Shown one piece after another: positions 24,982-35,972 of a DNA stretch of 64,000 nucleotides. Under the pieces are notes generated by a model, which did no database searches, was not told where the DNA came from, and was given only the letters and a program-made list of their open reading frames with translations. The number at the start of each line of letters is the position of its first letter. Positions within the stretch are counted from its first letter, which is position 1. The stretch comes from an uncultured Spirochaetota bacterium (GTDB lineage Bacteria; Spirochaetota; Spirochaetia; SZUA-6; Fen-1364): positions 111,805 through 175,804 of the forward strand of contig CAVUXE010000058.1 of assembly GCA_963745235.1 (NCBI GenBank), written 5' to 3'. The position numbers and the translations under genes were made by a program.

Positions 24982-26081
24982 ATGGCGACAGTAGAGTTAC
25001 GAAACATCACAAAGGTCTATGAAGGCGGCGTCAAGGCGGTCGACAGCGCCAACCTGACGATCAACGACAAGGAGTTCGTCGTTCTGGTCGGGCCGTCGGG
25101 CTGCGGCAAGACCACGACCCTGCGAATGGTCGCGGGTCTGGAGGAGATCTCCGCGGGCGAGCTGTACATCGACGGGAAGCTGATGAACGACGTGGCGCCC
25201 AAGGACAGGGACATCGCCATGGTGTTCCAGAACTACGCCTTGTACCCGCACATGACCGTCTACGACAACATGGCCTTCGGTCTGAAGATCCGCAAGTATC
25301 CCAAGGCGGAGATCAACACGCGCGTCCACGAGGCGGCGCAGATCCTCGACATCGAGGAGCTCCTGGACCGCAAGCCCAAGGCCCTCTCGGGCGGCCAGAG
25401 GCAGCGCGTCGCGGTGGGCCGCGCCATCGTGCGCAAGCCCAAGGTCTTCCTCTTCGACGAGCCCCTGTCCAACCTGGATGCCAAGCTGAGGGTGCAGATG
25501 AGGGCCGAGCTCTCCGCGCTCCACCACAGGCTGCAGGCCACCATGATCTACGTGACCCACGACCAGATGGAGGCCATGACCATGGGAGACCGGATCGTCG
25601 TGCTCAAGGACGGGATCATCCAGCAGATCGGCACCCCGCTGGGCCTGTACAACACGCCGGTCAACAGGTTCGTTGCCGGCTTCATCGGGTCGCCCCCCAT
25701 GAACTTCATCAAGGTCAGCCTGAAGATCGGAGGGCGGCAAGCTGTTCGCGGACGAGGGCAGCTTCCGGATGGAGCTCACTCCCGCAGCAGGCTGAGACCC
25801 TCCGCAACTACGCCGGCAAGGACGCCATCTTCGGGATCCGGCCTGAAGACCTGGTGTACTCGGAGGCTCCGGACAGCACCAACAACATCCCCACGAAGGT
25901 CGAGGTCATCGAGCCCCTGGGATCAGAGATCCACCTCTGGGTGAGCACGCAGAACAACCAGCTCGTGGCGCAGAGTTCGCGCCCCGGTTCGCCTTCCACA
26001 TCGGGAGACACGGCGAACCTCCGCCCGGATCTCGCCAAGATCCACTTCTTCGACCTGGAGACCGAAAAGGCCATCTTTTAA
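24982..26081 (+). CDS. Sugar ABC transporter ATP-binding protein, MalK/MsmX/UgpC family (frameshifted C-terminus)
   Basis: [33 protein letters not shown]; TOBE-like tail. Confidence 0.93.
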
Positions 26082-26082
26082 G

Positions 26083-26112
26083 AAAAACCGGCCTTTCAAG
26101 GCCGGTTTTTTT
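26083..26112. terminator. Bidirectional intrinsic terminator
   Basis: AAAAACCGGCCTT-TC-AAGGCCGGTTTTTT between convergent genes. Confidence 0.88.
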
Positions 26113-26126
26113 CTTCTCCCATCCCC

Positions 26127-27288
26127 TTACATAAGCGCAAATATCTTCCACTGCCCGTTGTCGTTCACGAAGTAGTAACGCTGCCGGGCGGTCCAGAACG
26201 GAAGCATCCTGGACAGGTCCGATTTCGCCTGGACACTGAGGGAATAGACCGTCCCGCTGACGCCGGCCACCGGGCTCTGCGCGTGCTCGACGAAGGCGTT
26301 GTCCATGTCAACGGCATCCCCGACCTGGGCGGCGCCAAAGTCTCCATTTTCGAGCGAGCCTTCCAGGGAGGTCTTCAGCTCCGCCCTCGTCACCGCCTGG
26401 CGGAGCCGCAGGAAGGTGATGCTGTCAGTCATGGAGGTGAGCGCTCCATCCGCGTCCTTCTTCAGCAAGGCCCCGAGCCAGCCGCCGAAGGTGTCCATGA
26501 TTGCCTTGCTTGCCTCCGCTTCAGCAGCTCCCGCGGCGGCAGGCGGAGAGCTTCCGGGGGGAGCGGCCTGCGGCTTCCAGGTGAGCGGAGGAGGGCTCTG
26601 CCCGATGGCGAATATGTACCACTCACCGGCAACCCTGTGGATGGAGAACTGCTGCTTCGGTTCCCAGAAGGCGAGGTACTGCGAATAGTCCGCCCGCGAG
26701 TCCACGCGCAGCGTGTATGCATCTCCCCACACGGCGCTCATGGCTGGAGGCATGCGCTGGACAGCGACGCTGTTCAGGTCATACAGGTCGGACGGCGTCT
26801 TGCCCGCAAGGGGGACGGCAGAAAAAAACTGCTCGAGCGCTGATTTCGCGTCGGACCGCGAGATCTCCGCGCCTGTCTTCGTCAGGTACACCGAGCCGTC
26901 CATGAACTCCGTGGCAGCCGCCGCATCGGAGTCCAGCATCGCGCCAATGAATCTGAGGAAAAAGGAGTTTAGGGACTGCACCGGCACTTCTGCCGCTCCT
27001 CCGCCGATGGGGGAAGCGCCCCCTCGCGCCAGGAGCTCGGCTGCTGACGGCATGGCCTGGTCCCTGATGGCCGTTGGATCAAGCTGCGGGTCGATGATGC
27101 GGGCAAGCTGCATGAGCTCCCTGCCCTTGTCAGCCTTGCCGACAGTCTGGTACTGCCTGCCGGCGAGCCAGTACGCCTGGGCAATGGCCTGACGGTCCTT
27201 CTCATTGTCAGTTTTTCCAGAATTGCGCCCAGAGGGCACCCGCGGCGAAAACGAGCACCATTGCGGAAATGATGAGCTTGTTTCTCAT
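26127..27288 (-). CDS. Secreted protein with two tandem NTF2-like domains (frameshift near 27215)
   Basis: Signal peptide MRNKLIISAMVLVFAAGALWAQ; two ~125-aa repeats ending GEWYIFAIG and GQWKIFALM. Confidence 0.7.
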
Positions 27289-27438
27289 GGGACGCCTCCT
27301 CGACGAGGGAAAAGCAATCAGCGATAGTCTACACACATCCCGCTCGAGTTGACAACCCGGTTTGGGCGCTGGTACACTTGCCGGACGCGACGGTGAGCCG
27401 TCCTGTGGGACGGATGTGCTGTCGGGAGGAGGCAGAAA

Positions 27439-29044
27439 ATGTCACGTCCCCTGCAGCTGTGCGCCATTGCCCGGGTTTGCCGTCCTGCTCGCCGCTTGTC
27501 CGTCAACGCCCAAGCCGCCGGAGAGCACCGTTGCGCCTCCCACCTTCAGCCCGGCGGAGGGCACGTACACCGAAGCCCAGACAGTGGCCATTTCCACCGC
27601 GACGGAAGGCGCTGAAATCCGCTATACGACTGACTCATCCGAGCCCACCGCTTCAACGGGCGCACCATACTCGGGCCCGGTGGCGGTCTCATCCACGACG
27701 ACCATCAAGGCTATTGCTTTCAAGAAGGGCTTCAAGGACTCAGAGGTGGCGAGCGCCACCTTCACCATCAGCGCCTCACAGACAAAGCCGCCCGAAGTCA
27801 GCCCCGTGACGGATGAAGAGGTGGCCGCCGCCCAGAACGCCATTGCCCGCGCCCGGGAAGTGGACGCGGACTACTACGACGCGGATAATTTCGACGCGGC
27901 CAGGCGGCTCCTGGACTCCGCCCTCGCCGTCCGCACAAGTGACCCGGCCACGGCCCACGCGCAGCTGGCGGAGGCCAAGGCAAAGGCTGACCTTTCCTTC
28001 GACAATTCCGTGTCCCGGTCAGCGGATGAGCTTGGAGCACGGATGGCGGCCCTGAAACAGAAGCTGCTCGACATCGGGGCTGACAAGTACGCCCCGGATG
28101 ATTTCCAGAGCTCGACCGCCGGGATTGATGAAGCCAGGGACCTGTTCGCAAAGAAAGACTACTCCGCGGCCCGCGCCCGCGCATGGCAGGCCTTGAAGGA
28201 AATGGCGGATCTTCGAAACCGCCTGGAGACCCGCCTGGATGCCCTGCAGGCCCTCAGGTACAACCTCGAGCAGGAGATGAAGGAGGCGGAATCCACAAAC
28301 GCCTATTCATACGCCCCGGCCCAGAAGGATACGGTCACCGGCATGTACCTGCAGGGGCTGCAGGCCCAGCAGGAATACAAGCTGGACCAGGCGGAAGAGA
28401 GCTTCGGCGCCGCCCTCGAAGCGGCCAGGGAGGTCCTGCGGATTGCGAAGGCTGCCCGTGACGCGCAGGAGGCCGACCAGAAGCAGAAGGCGGAGGAGAG
28501 GCAGGCCCAGGTCATGAAGGCCCTTCAGGATGCCTCACGGCTCACGGTTGTCACGGAAGACGGCACTGTCATCCAGCCGAAGAACTGGACAGAGGATGAT
28601 TTCCTCAAGGAAATCGACCAGATGCAGAAGGAAGAGGAGCAGCAGCAGAAGAGCACCGCTCCGGGCGGCCAGTCCATGGTGATCCCCAGGGGAGGGACCA
28701 CGGTGGTCCTTGCTGAAGAGACCGTGGAAGACCTGCTCAACCAGGCCCGGGAACTCTGGAGCCTCGGGTTGAAGGAGAAGCTGGCCGGCAACTACGCCAA
28801 GGCGCAGGACTACTTCGACGAGGCCCTGCGGTACATCGATATCTACAAGTCGTATGCGGTCAAGGGCGTCTACACCGTCCGCCTCATTCCCGAAAGACGA
28901 GACTGCCTGTGGCGGATAGCGGAATACCAGGATATCTACGGGGACCCGTACCAGTGGCCGAAGATCTGGCGGCGCAACCGCAAGCTCATCCAGAACCCGG
29001 ACCTGATCTTCCCGGGCTGGCAGCTGGTCATACCGCCCCGGTAG
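27439..29044 (+). CDS. Lipoprotein with Fn3-associated/chitobiase-like domain, helical repeats and C-terminal LysM
   Basis: LAAC lipobox; PTFSPAEGTY..IRYTTD..P; CLWRIAE..WPKIW..NPDLIFPGWQLVIP LysM. Confidence 0.85.
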
Positions 29045-29070
29045 CGCAGCCGGGGGCGCCGCCACAGGGC

Positions 29071-30426
29071 TCACTGAACCGCAGCGTATCTCCTGATCTT
29101 CTCCGTGAGCTCGCCTGTCCTGGCCGCAAGCCCGTCTTCCGTTGCGGCTTCGACCACCAGGCGAAGGAGAGGCTCGGTGTTCGACACGCGCAGGTTGAAC
29201 CACCAGTCGGGGAAGTCGATCCTGATGCCATCCAGGTCGGTGAGCGTTCCTGACGTATAGTCTTCCCTGACTTTCTCCAGAACTCCGGCCCCGTTGGGAA
29301 CGGTGAAGTTGATCTCTCCGGAGAAGAAGTACTTTCGGATCCCTGACAGCAGGGAAGAGAACCGCTTTCCGCTTTTCGAGAGCACCTCCAGGACGATCAT
29401 GGCCGCGATCATTCCCGAGTCGCAGAAGTAGTTCTCCCGGAAGTAGTAATGGCCGGCAAGCTCCCCGCCCAGGATTCCCTTCGTTTCCCGGAGCAGCTTC
29501 TTTGCGTAGGAGTGCCCGACCTTGCAGATCCTCGGGTCCGCCCCGAGCCCGCTCAGGTACTCCACGACCGCGCGCGAGCTGCGAACGTCGTAGGTGGCCA
29601 CGCGTGAACCGCCGGCAAGCCTTTGCGGATGCTCGCGGAAGTAGTAGTCACCCAGGAGGCCGATGATCAGGTCAGGAGAAACAAAGCGCCCGGTCTCATC
29701 GATGAACATGACGCGGTCGGCGTCTCCGTCGAAACAGATTCCCAGGGAGGCGTCCTGCCGGACAACCTCCTTCTTCAGAGCTTCCAGGTTCTTCTCTTCC
29801 AGCGGGTTGGGCGCGTGGTTGGGAAAACGTCCGTCCGGCTCGTCGAAGATGAAGCGGAAGTCTCCTCCGGCCGGTGCAAGGAGGTCGTGCAGGAAGATCC
29901 CCGCCATTCCATTGGAGCAGTCGATGACGACGCGAAGCCCCGGCAGCTGCGTTCGAAACTTTGCCAGGTGAGAAAGATAGTCCCCGCGGATGTCGAGGGG
30001 TCGAACCACCCCGGGGTGATCCGCGCGCGGGGGATCCGCGTCTCGGAGCGATCCCTCCAGCTGAGCCAGGCCGGTATCGAATCCCACGGGGACGGCCTCC
30101 CTGCGCGAGACTTTCAGTCCATTGTACTCGGGGGGATTGTGTGACGCGGTGATCATCACGCTCCCGTCCAGGCCGTAGAAGGCCGTGGCGAAATACACCG
30201 CGGGAGTGTCGCACAGCCCGATGTCCTCCACATCGCAGCCGGCCTCCGTGATGCCGCGGGTGAGTGATTCGAAGATCTCCGGGGAGGAGAGCCTCACGTC
30301 GCGGCCCACTCCCATGCGCCGCGCACCGATCAGGGCGGGGAGCCGAAGGCCGATGCCGTGCGCCGTCGCGGCGTCCCATTCTTTTCCATACACACCACGT
30401 ATGTCGTACGATTTGAAGACGCCCAT
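29071..30426 (-). CDS. Phosphomannomutase/phosphoglucomutase
   Basis: FKSYDIRG, ITASHNP, FDGDADR, GGELAGH. Confidence 0.94.
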   Translation of the reverse strand: MGVFKSYDIRGVYGKEWDAATAHGIGLRLPALIGARRMGVGRDVRLSSPEIFESLTRGITEAGCDVEDIGLCDTPAVYFATAFYGLDGSVMITASHNPPEYNGLKVSRREAVPVGFDTGLAQLEGSLRDADPPRADHPGVVRPLDIRGDYLSHLAKFRTQLPGLRVVIDCSNGMAGIFLHDLLAPAGGDFRFIFDEPDGRFPNHAPNPLEEKNLEALKKEVVRQDASLGICFDGDADRVMFIDETGRFVSPDLIIGLLGDYYFREHPQRLAGGSRVATYDVRSSRAVVEYLSGLGADPRICKVGHSYAKKLLRETKGILGGELAGHYYFRENYFCDSGMIAAMIVLEVLSKSGKRFSSLLSGIRKYFFSGEINFTVPNGAGVLEKVREDYTSGTLTDLDGIRIDFPDWWFNLRVSNTEPLLRLVVEAATEDGLAARTGELTEKIRRYAAVQ

Positions 30427-30507
30427 GTGTGGGAATGTAGCCGGTATTGGCTGCCCTGTACACCGCCGATCATTTTCACTACGATCTGAGCCCCGAAGGA
30501 GCGACGA

Positions 30508-33045
30508 ATGGGACTGCTGACTTTCACGATCAAGCCGAACATTCCAAGCCGCCTGCTGCCCCTCGAAGAGCTCGCCAACAATCTCTGGATAAGCTGGAAC
30601 TACGAGGCGATCATGCTTTTCATGCGCGTCGACTACGACGCCTGGGTGGCGTCGCGCATGAACCCCGTGCGGATGCTCGGCCTCGTGTCCCAGGCGCGGC
30701 TGGATGCCGCCGCAGCGGACGACTCCTTCCTTGCCGCCATGGACGCCGTGTACGCGAAGTTCCAGCGGTACAACTCCGCGGAGCGCTGGTACAAGGGCGC
30801 CGTGGATCGATCAGTCGCATATTTCTCCATGGAGTACGGACTGGATGTCTCGCTGCCCGTGTATTCCGGAGGATTGGGAATGCTCTCCGGGGATCACCTG
30901 AAGTCTTCCTCCGATCTCGGGCTTCCCCTGGTGGGGGTGGGCCTCTTGTATCGCCAGGGGTACTTCCGACAGTACCTGAACGCTGACGGCTTTCAGCAGG
31001 AGTCGTATCCCGAGAACGACTGGTACAACATGCCCGTGACTCTCTGCCGCGACCGCGCGGGAGAGCCGCTCGCCATCACGGTGGAGATGGGAAAAGAGAA
31101 GGCCTCCGCGTGGATCTGGGAGGTGAAGGTCGGAAAGAACTCCTTGTACCTTCTGGATACGAACATAGAGGCCAACCCGGCGCACCTGCGCCTGGTCACG
31201 GCGTCTCTTTATGGAGGAGAACGAGAGACAAGGATCCAACAGGAGGTGCTCCTCGGAATCGGCGGCATCAGGGCGCTTCGCGCGCTGGGCATCAACGCCT
31301 CCTGCATGCACATGAATGAAGGGCATTCCGCGTTCCTGGGCCTGGAAAGGATCCGCCTCCTGATGTCCGAAAAGAAGCTCACCTTCCACCAGGCGTGGGA
31401 GGCGGTGTGGGCGACGAACGTCTTCACAACGCATACCCCCGTGCCGGCAGGAAACGAGCGGTTTGCGCCATCGCTCATGGAGAAGTATTTCGGCTCCATG
31501 GCTGCCGATCTTGGTCTTCCCTGGAGGGATTTCCTGGGGCTTGGCCGCGAGGACCCCAACAACGACGGGGAGGAGTTCTGCCTCACGGTGCTGGCCATGA
31601 AGCTCTCCGCGTACAACAACGGTGTGAGCAGGCTCCACGGAAGGGTCTCCCGGGCGATGTGGCGCAACATCTGGCCATCCCTGCCGCTTGACGAGGTGCC
31701 GATTACTCACATCACCAACGGCGTCCACCCTCGATCATGGATCACGCACGACATGGTGGATCTCCTGGATCGCTATTTCGGTCCGGAGTTCCTCCACACT
31801 CCGACAAATCTGGACATCTGGGACCGCATCGAGAGGATTTCAGACGAAGAGCTGTGGCGGACGCACGAACGGCGAAGAGAGAGGATGGTCGCATTTGCCC
31901 GCGGAAGGCTCAAGGAACAGCTCACCAGGCGCGGTGTGAACAATTCTGAGCTCTCGCGCGGGGCCAACGCCCTTTCCCCCTATGCGTTGACCATCAGCTT
32001 TGCCCGAAGGTTCGCCACCTACAAGCGGGCGGATCTGCTGCTCGCGGATCCCGAGAGGCTCATTCGCCTGCTGTCGGACAACGAGCGGCCCCTCCAGCTC
32101 ATCTTTGCCGGCAAGGCGCACCCCCATGACCTTGCGGGCAAGGAGATCATCAAGAAGATCATCCACTTTACCAGCGATCCGCGGGTGGCAAACCGGGTGG
32201 TCTTCCTCGAAGACTACGACATGACCACGTCCCGCTACCTCGTGTCGGGAAGCGATATCTGGCTGAACACGCCGCGCAGGCCCCTTGAAGCGAGCGGCAC
32301 AAGCGGCATGAAGGCCGCAATGAACGGGGCGCTGAATGTCTCCATCCTGGACGGCTGGTGGGACGAGGCCTACTCCACGCGGATCGGCTGGGCAATCGGC
32401 AGGGGAGAGGAATACGAGGACGAATCCCTCCAGGACGAGGTGGAGGGCAAGGCTCTCTATGACCTCCTGGAGCGTGAGATCATCCCGCTCTTCTACGCGA
32501 GGGGGATGGACGGCCTTCCCCGCGAGTGGATCCACCGCATGAAGGAATCCATGCGGGAGGTCGGCAAGGGATTCAGCACGCACCGGATGCTGATGGAGTA
32601 CACGCAGAGCTTCTACTCACCCGCTCTGGGGCGCGCGCAGGCGTTCGAGAAGGACACGTGCGGGCTGTGCCGGGAGATCGCCTCCTACCGGGAGAAGCTC
32701 GCGCGGAACTGGGATGAGCTTCGCATCGAGGAGCTCACGTCGCCTTCAGCGTCCATCCTCAAAGTGGGAGACAAGATCTCCGTCACCGCCCGTGTGCACC
32801 TTGCGGGAATGGCCCCGGAAGAGGTCGGCATCGAGCTGTACTACGGCAACCTCTCCTCGGAACGGGAGATCGAAGAGCCGCGGCGGCTCCCCATGAAGCA
32901 CTGCGGAGGGGACAAGAATGCAGCCCTTTTCTGCGCGGAGCTCGTCTGCGACAGGACCGGCCGCCAGGGGTATACCGTCAGGGTCCTGCCGTCCCACGCA
33001 GCCCTGGTCCATCCCTTCCTCCCCGGCCTCGTGAAGTGGGGGTAG
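30508..33045 (+). CDS. glgP: Alpha-glucan (glycogen/maltodextrin) phosphorylase
   Basis: YSGGLG, HMNEGH, ARRFATYKR, EASGTSGMK PLP motif. Confidence 0.96.
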   Translation: MGLLTFTIKPNIPSRLLPLEELANNLWISWNYEAIMLFMRVDYDAWVASRMNPVRMLGLVSQARLDAAAADDSFLAAMDAVYAKFQRYNSAERWYKGAVDRSVAYFSMEYGLDVSLPVYSGGLGMLSGDHLKSSSDLGLPLVGVGLLYRQGYFRQYLNADGFQQESYPENDWYNMPVTLCRDRAGEPLAITVEMGKEKASAWIWEVKVGKNSLYLLDTNIEANPAHLRLVTASLYGGERETRIQQEVLLGIGGIRALRALGINASCMHMNEGHSAFLGLERIRLLMSEKKLTFHQAWEAVWATNVFTTHTPVPAGNERFAPSLMEKYFGSMAADLGLPWRDFLGLGREDPNNDGEEFCLTVLAMKLSAYNNGVSRLHGRVSRAMWRNIWPSLPLDEVPITHITNGVHPRSWITHDMVDLLDRYFGPEFLHTPTNLDIWDRIERISDEELWRTHERRRERMVAFARGRLKEQLTRRGVNNSELSRGANALSPYALTISFARRFATYKRADLLLADPERLIRLLSDNERPLQLIFAGKAHPHDLAGKEIIKKIIHFTSDPRVANRVVFLEDYDMTTSRYLVSGSDIWLNTPRRPLEASGTSGMKAAMNGALNVSILDGWWDEAYSTRIGWAIGRGEEYEDESLQDEVEGKALYDLLEREIIPLFYARGMDGLPREWIHRMKESMREVGKGFSTHRMLMEYTQSFYSPALGRAQAFEKDTCGLCREIASYREKLARNWDELRIEELTSPSASILKVGDKISVTARVHLAGMAPEEVGIELYYGNLSSEREIEEPRRLPMKHCGGDKNAALFCAELVCDRTGRQGYTVRVLPSHAALVHPFLPGLVKWG

Positions 33046-33055
33046 GGCGGCGCGG

Positions 33056-33766
33056 TCATCCGAAGACGTGCAGCCCGGCCAGCCAGCCCTCGCCCACCAC
33101 GAAAAGGACAATCAGGAGCAGGGCGGGAAGGAAGTTTGCCGTTTTCAGCCTGGCCAGACCGAGCAGGTTGATGCCGATCATGACAACGAGCGCTCCTCCC
33201 ACCCCCGTGAGCTCTTTCAAAAGGCCTTCGCTTACCAGCGGGGCGAGCCAGACCGCCGCAATGGTCAGGATCCCCTGGTAGACGAGGACTGACAGCGCGG
33301 AGAATCCGACGCCGATCCCCATTGCCGCTGTCAGCACGATTGCCATGAAGCCATCCATGACGGACTTGGTGTAGATCAGCTCGTAGTTCCCCTCCGCCCC
33401 CGCCTTGAAGGACCCGACGAGCGCCATGGCGCCGACACAGAAGAGCACGGAAGCGTTGAGAAAGCCATAACCGAACTCTGACCCGTTGTCGGACTTCACG
33501 AACGTGCTCTTCAATTTCTCCCCGAGGGCCAGGATGCCTCCCTCGATCCGCCACCATTCGCCGAGGATTCCCCCGATGATGAGAGAGAGCGCCAGGTAGA
33601 CGATCTTCTGGCCGGTGAGCGCCATCTTGATGCCGATGATGAGCGAGGTGATCCCTGCTCCTATCTGGACAATGGTCTTGAAGGAATCCCTGATGCGCGA
33701 TCGCAGGAGCAGTCCGAGCAGGGAACCAACGAGCACGGCGCAGGCGTTGACGACGGTTGCTATCAT
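33056..33766 (-). CDS. DUF554 family membrane protein
   Basis: LFCVGAM..GS, KSVMDG, ANFLPAL. Confidence 0.88.
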   Translation of the reverse strand: MIATVVNACAVLVGSLLGLLLRSRIRDSFKTIVQIGAGITSLIIGIKMALTGQKIVYLALSLIIGGILGEWWRIEGGILALGEKLKSTFVKSDNGSEFGYGFLNASVLFCVGAMALVGSFKAGAEGNYELIYTKSVMDGFMAIVLTAAMGIGVGFSALSVLVYQGILTIAAVWLAPLVSEGLLKELTGVGGALVVMIGINLLGLARLKTANFLPALLLIVLFVVGEGWLAGLHVFG

Positions 33767-33873
33767 GAGGTTCAGGCGCACTGTAATGGTTTTCCTGATG
33801 CCTGGGAATACCGCGCACAAAAAAAGCCTGGACTTGCCCTTGGGGGGAAAAAGCTTCTATTCTCGTGCCTGCC

Positions 33874-34408
33874 ATGAGACGAATGCGCTCGACAGCCGCG
33901 TCAATGTTCTTCCTCGGGATTCTATCGGTGATCTCCGCGTCCCCGCAGAGCTCCGCTCTGGGCTCGAGCGGAGTCACCGCCCCGGCGGGAGGAGGAGCCG
34001 GCGCGGAAGCGCCCCCGGCCGGGGATTTCGACCCGACGCAGCTCATCGGCCTGGACCTGAAAGCAGCCCTGGACTCATTCGGGTGCGCCCCAGGAGGTAT
34101 TCTCCTTCCGCGGCCAGGACGATACCGAGGACAACGTCGTGTTCTTCTATTCGGACTACCTGTACCTGTTCTGGTATCGCAACCGGGTCTGGCAGGTGAG
34201 ATGCGACCACAGGTTCGCGCGGCCCTTGTTCGGGCTGGCAATGGGCATGCCCCGGGAGGTGATCGAACGCACGTCTGCGCATCCGCTCATCCCCCGGGGG
34301 GATTCACTGTACTTTGACCTTGACGACTCGAAATATCCGCTGCGGGTGCGCCTCGTATTCGCCAATAATGAGCTGGCGGACATGTACGTGTACAGGAGCG
34401 ATTTCTGA
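33874..34408 (+). CDS. Hypothetical exported protein (frameshift near 34085)
   Basis: Signal peptide then VFFYSDYLYLFWYRNRVWQVR; stop overlaps the aroD start. Confidence 0.65.
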
Positions 34409-35913
34409 AGCTGCCATCCGGTATCTGCCTCTGCCTGACCGGCGCCACCCTTGAAGACGACCTGGCGAGCGTCGCACGGTACCGAAAGCACATCGACCTG
34501 CTCGAGCTCCGGGCCGACTTCCTGCGGCCGGAGGAGGCGGCCCGCGCGGGGGCGCTCCTCCGAAACGTCGACCTCCCCGTCATACTCACCGTTCGACGGC
34601 TCCAGGACGGGGGGACGTTCACGGGTGATGAACGGGACCGCATCCAGCTGATTTCGCGGATCGGGTCCGCGGGTTTTGCCTTTCTGGATCTCGAGGAAGA
34701 CGTGGAGGCTCCGGGCCTGGAAAAGCAGGTCCATGAAGCGGGAACCGGCATCATCCGATCTTTCCACGACAGAAACGGCGTCCCGCGCGACCTCACGCAA
34801 AGAATGGCGGCCCTGGCTCGTGGCGCGCAGGAGATTCCAAAGGCGGCCGTGACCCCGCGCGGCGCTCGCGACCTGCTTCGACTCCTGGAGGCATTCGAGG
34901 AGCTGGGGCCCACGCCCAAGATCCTTCTCGGGATGGGCCCATACGGTTTTCCCACCCGCGTGCTTGCTCCGAAGCTGGGGTCCCTGTTCTGCTATTCTTC
35001 CCCGCCCGACGAGGCAGCGGCGCCCGGGCATATCGACCCCCTGACTCTCGATGAGATATTCCGCTACCACCTCATCGGAAAGTCCACGGAAGTATTCGGC
35101 GTTATCGGCAATCCTGTGATGCACTCTCTTTCGCCCCGAATCCACAACGCGGGCTTCGCCGCCGTCGGGCGCGACGCCGTTTATCTTCCTTTCCTGGTGG
35201 ATGACCTGGCGGCCTTCCTGGAGGTCGCGGACAGGCTCGGAATCCGCGGCGTCTCAGTTACAATTCCGCACAAGGAGGGCGTCATTTCGGCCCTCGAGCG
35301 CCGGGACCAGTCCGTCAGGGCCATGGGAGCATGCAACACCGCGCGCCGGGGAGCCGACGGAAAGTGGGAGGGGACAAACACCGACGCCGCCGGGTTTCTT
35401 GCCCCTCTCCGTGAGGCATTCGGGGGCAGACTCCCCCAAGGCCTGGGCGCCACGGTGATTGGAGCCGGAGGCGGCTCTCGCGCAGTTGTTCACGCCCTTG
35501 TGACGAACGGGGCGCGCGTCCTGGTCCTGAACCGGACCGTCGAACGGGCACAGCAGCTTGCGCGTGAGCTCGGGGTCACGGCGGCGCCCCTCGACCAGAC
35601 GGGCATCAGGGAGATGGGCGGTTTCAACGACCTGATCGTCCAGGCCACGAGAGTCGGAATGTCGCCAGAGGCCGGGGAGGATCCGCTTCCCGGCTACACG
35701 TTCACGGGCAGAGAGACGGTGTACGACCTCGTGTATGTGCCTGAGACAACCGCATTCCTGAGCCGGGCCCTGGGGGCAGGGTGCAGGGTCATTCGAGGAG
35801 GCCAGATGCTCCTCGCCCAGGCCTGCGAGCAGTTTCGCTTTTTCACCGGCCAGGATTTCCCGGAAGATGCGAAGCGTGAGCTCTTGAGAATTTTTTCACG
35901 ATATCCTGCTTGA
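34405..35913 (+). CDS. aroE: Bifunctional type I 3-dehydroquinate dehydratase / shikimate dehydrogenase (probable CTG start)
   Basis: Continuous frame from 34405: LELRAD, ILTVRR, SFHD (AroD) then HSLSP, SVTIPHK, NTD, GAGG (AroE). Confidence 0.9.
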   Translation: MKLPSGICLCLTGATLEDDLASVARYRKHIDLLELRADFLRPEEAARAGALLRNVDLPVILTVRRLQDGGTFTGDERDRIQLISRIGSAGFAFLDLEEDVEAPGLEKQVHEAGTGIIRSFHDRNGVPRDLTQRMAALARGAQEIPKAAVTPRGARDLLRLLEAFEELGPTPKILLGMGPYGFPTRVLAPKLGSLFCYSSPPDEAAAPGHIDPLTLDEIFRYHLIGKSTEVFGVIGNPVMHSLSPRIHNAGFAAVGRDAVYLPFLVDDLAAFLEVADRLGIRGVSVTIPHKEGVISALERRDQSVRAMGACNTARRGADGKWEGTNTDAAGFLAPLREAFGGRLPQGLGATVIGAGGGSRAVVHALVTNGARVLVLNRTVERAQQLARELGVTAAPLDQTGIREMGGFNDLIVQATRVGMSPEAGEDPLPGYTFTGRETVYDLVYVPETTAFLSRALGAGCRVIRGGQMLLAQACEQFRFFTGQDFPEDAKRELLRIFSRYPA

Positions 35914-35972
35914 CTCTTTTTTCATTCTCCGTATTATTATGCAAACTTTTACCCTTGAGAAAGAGGTACTGA

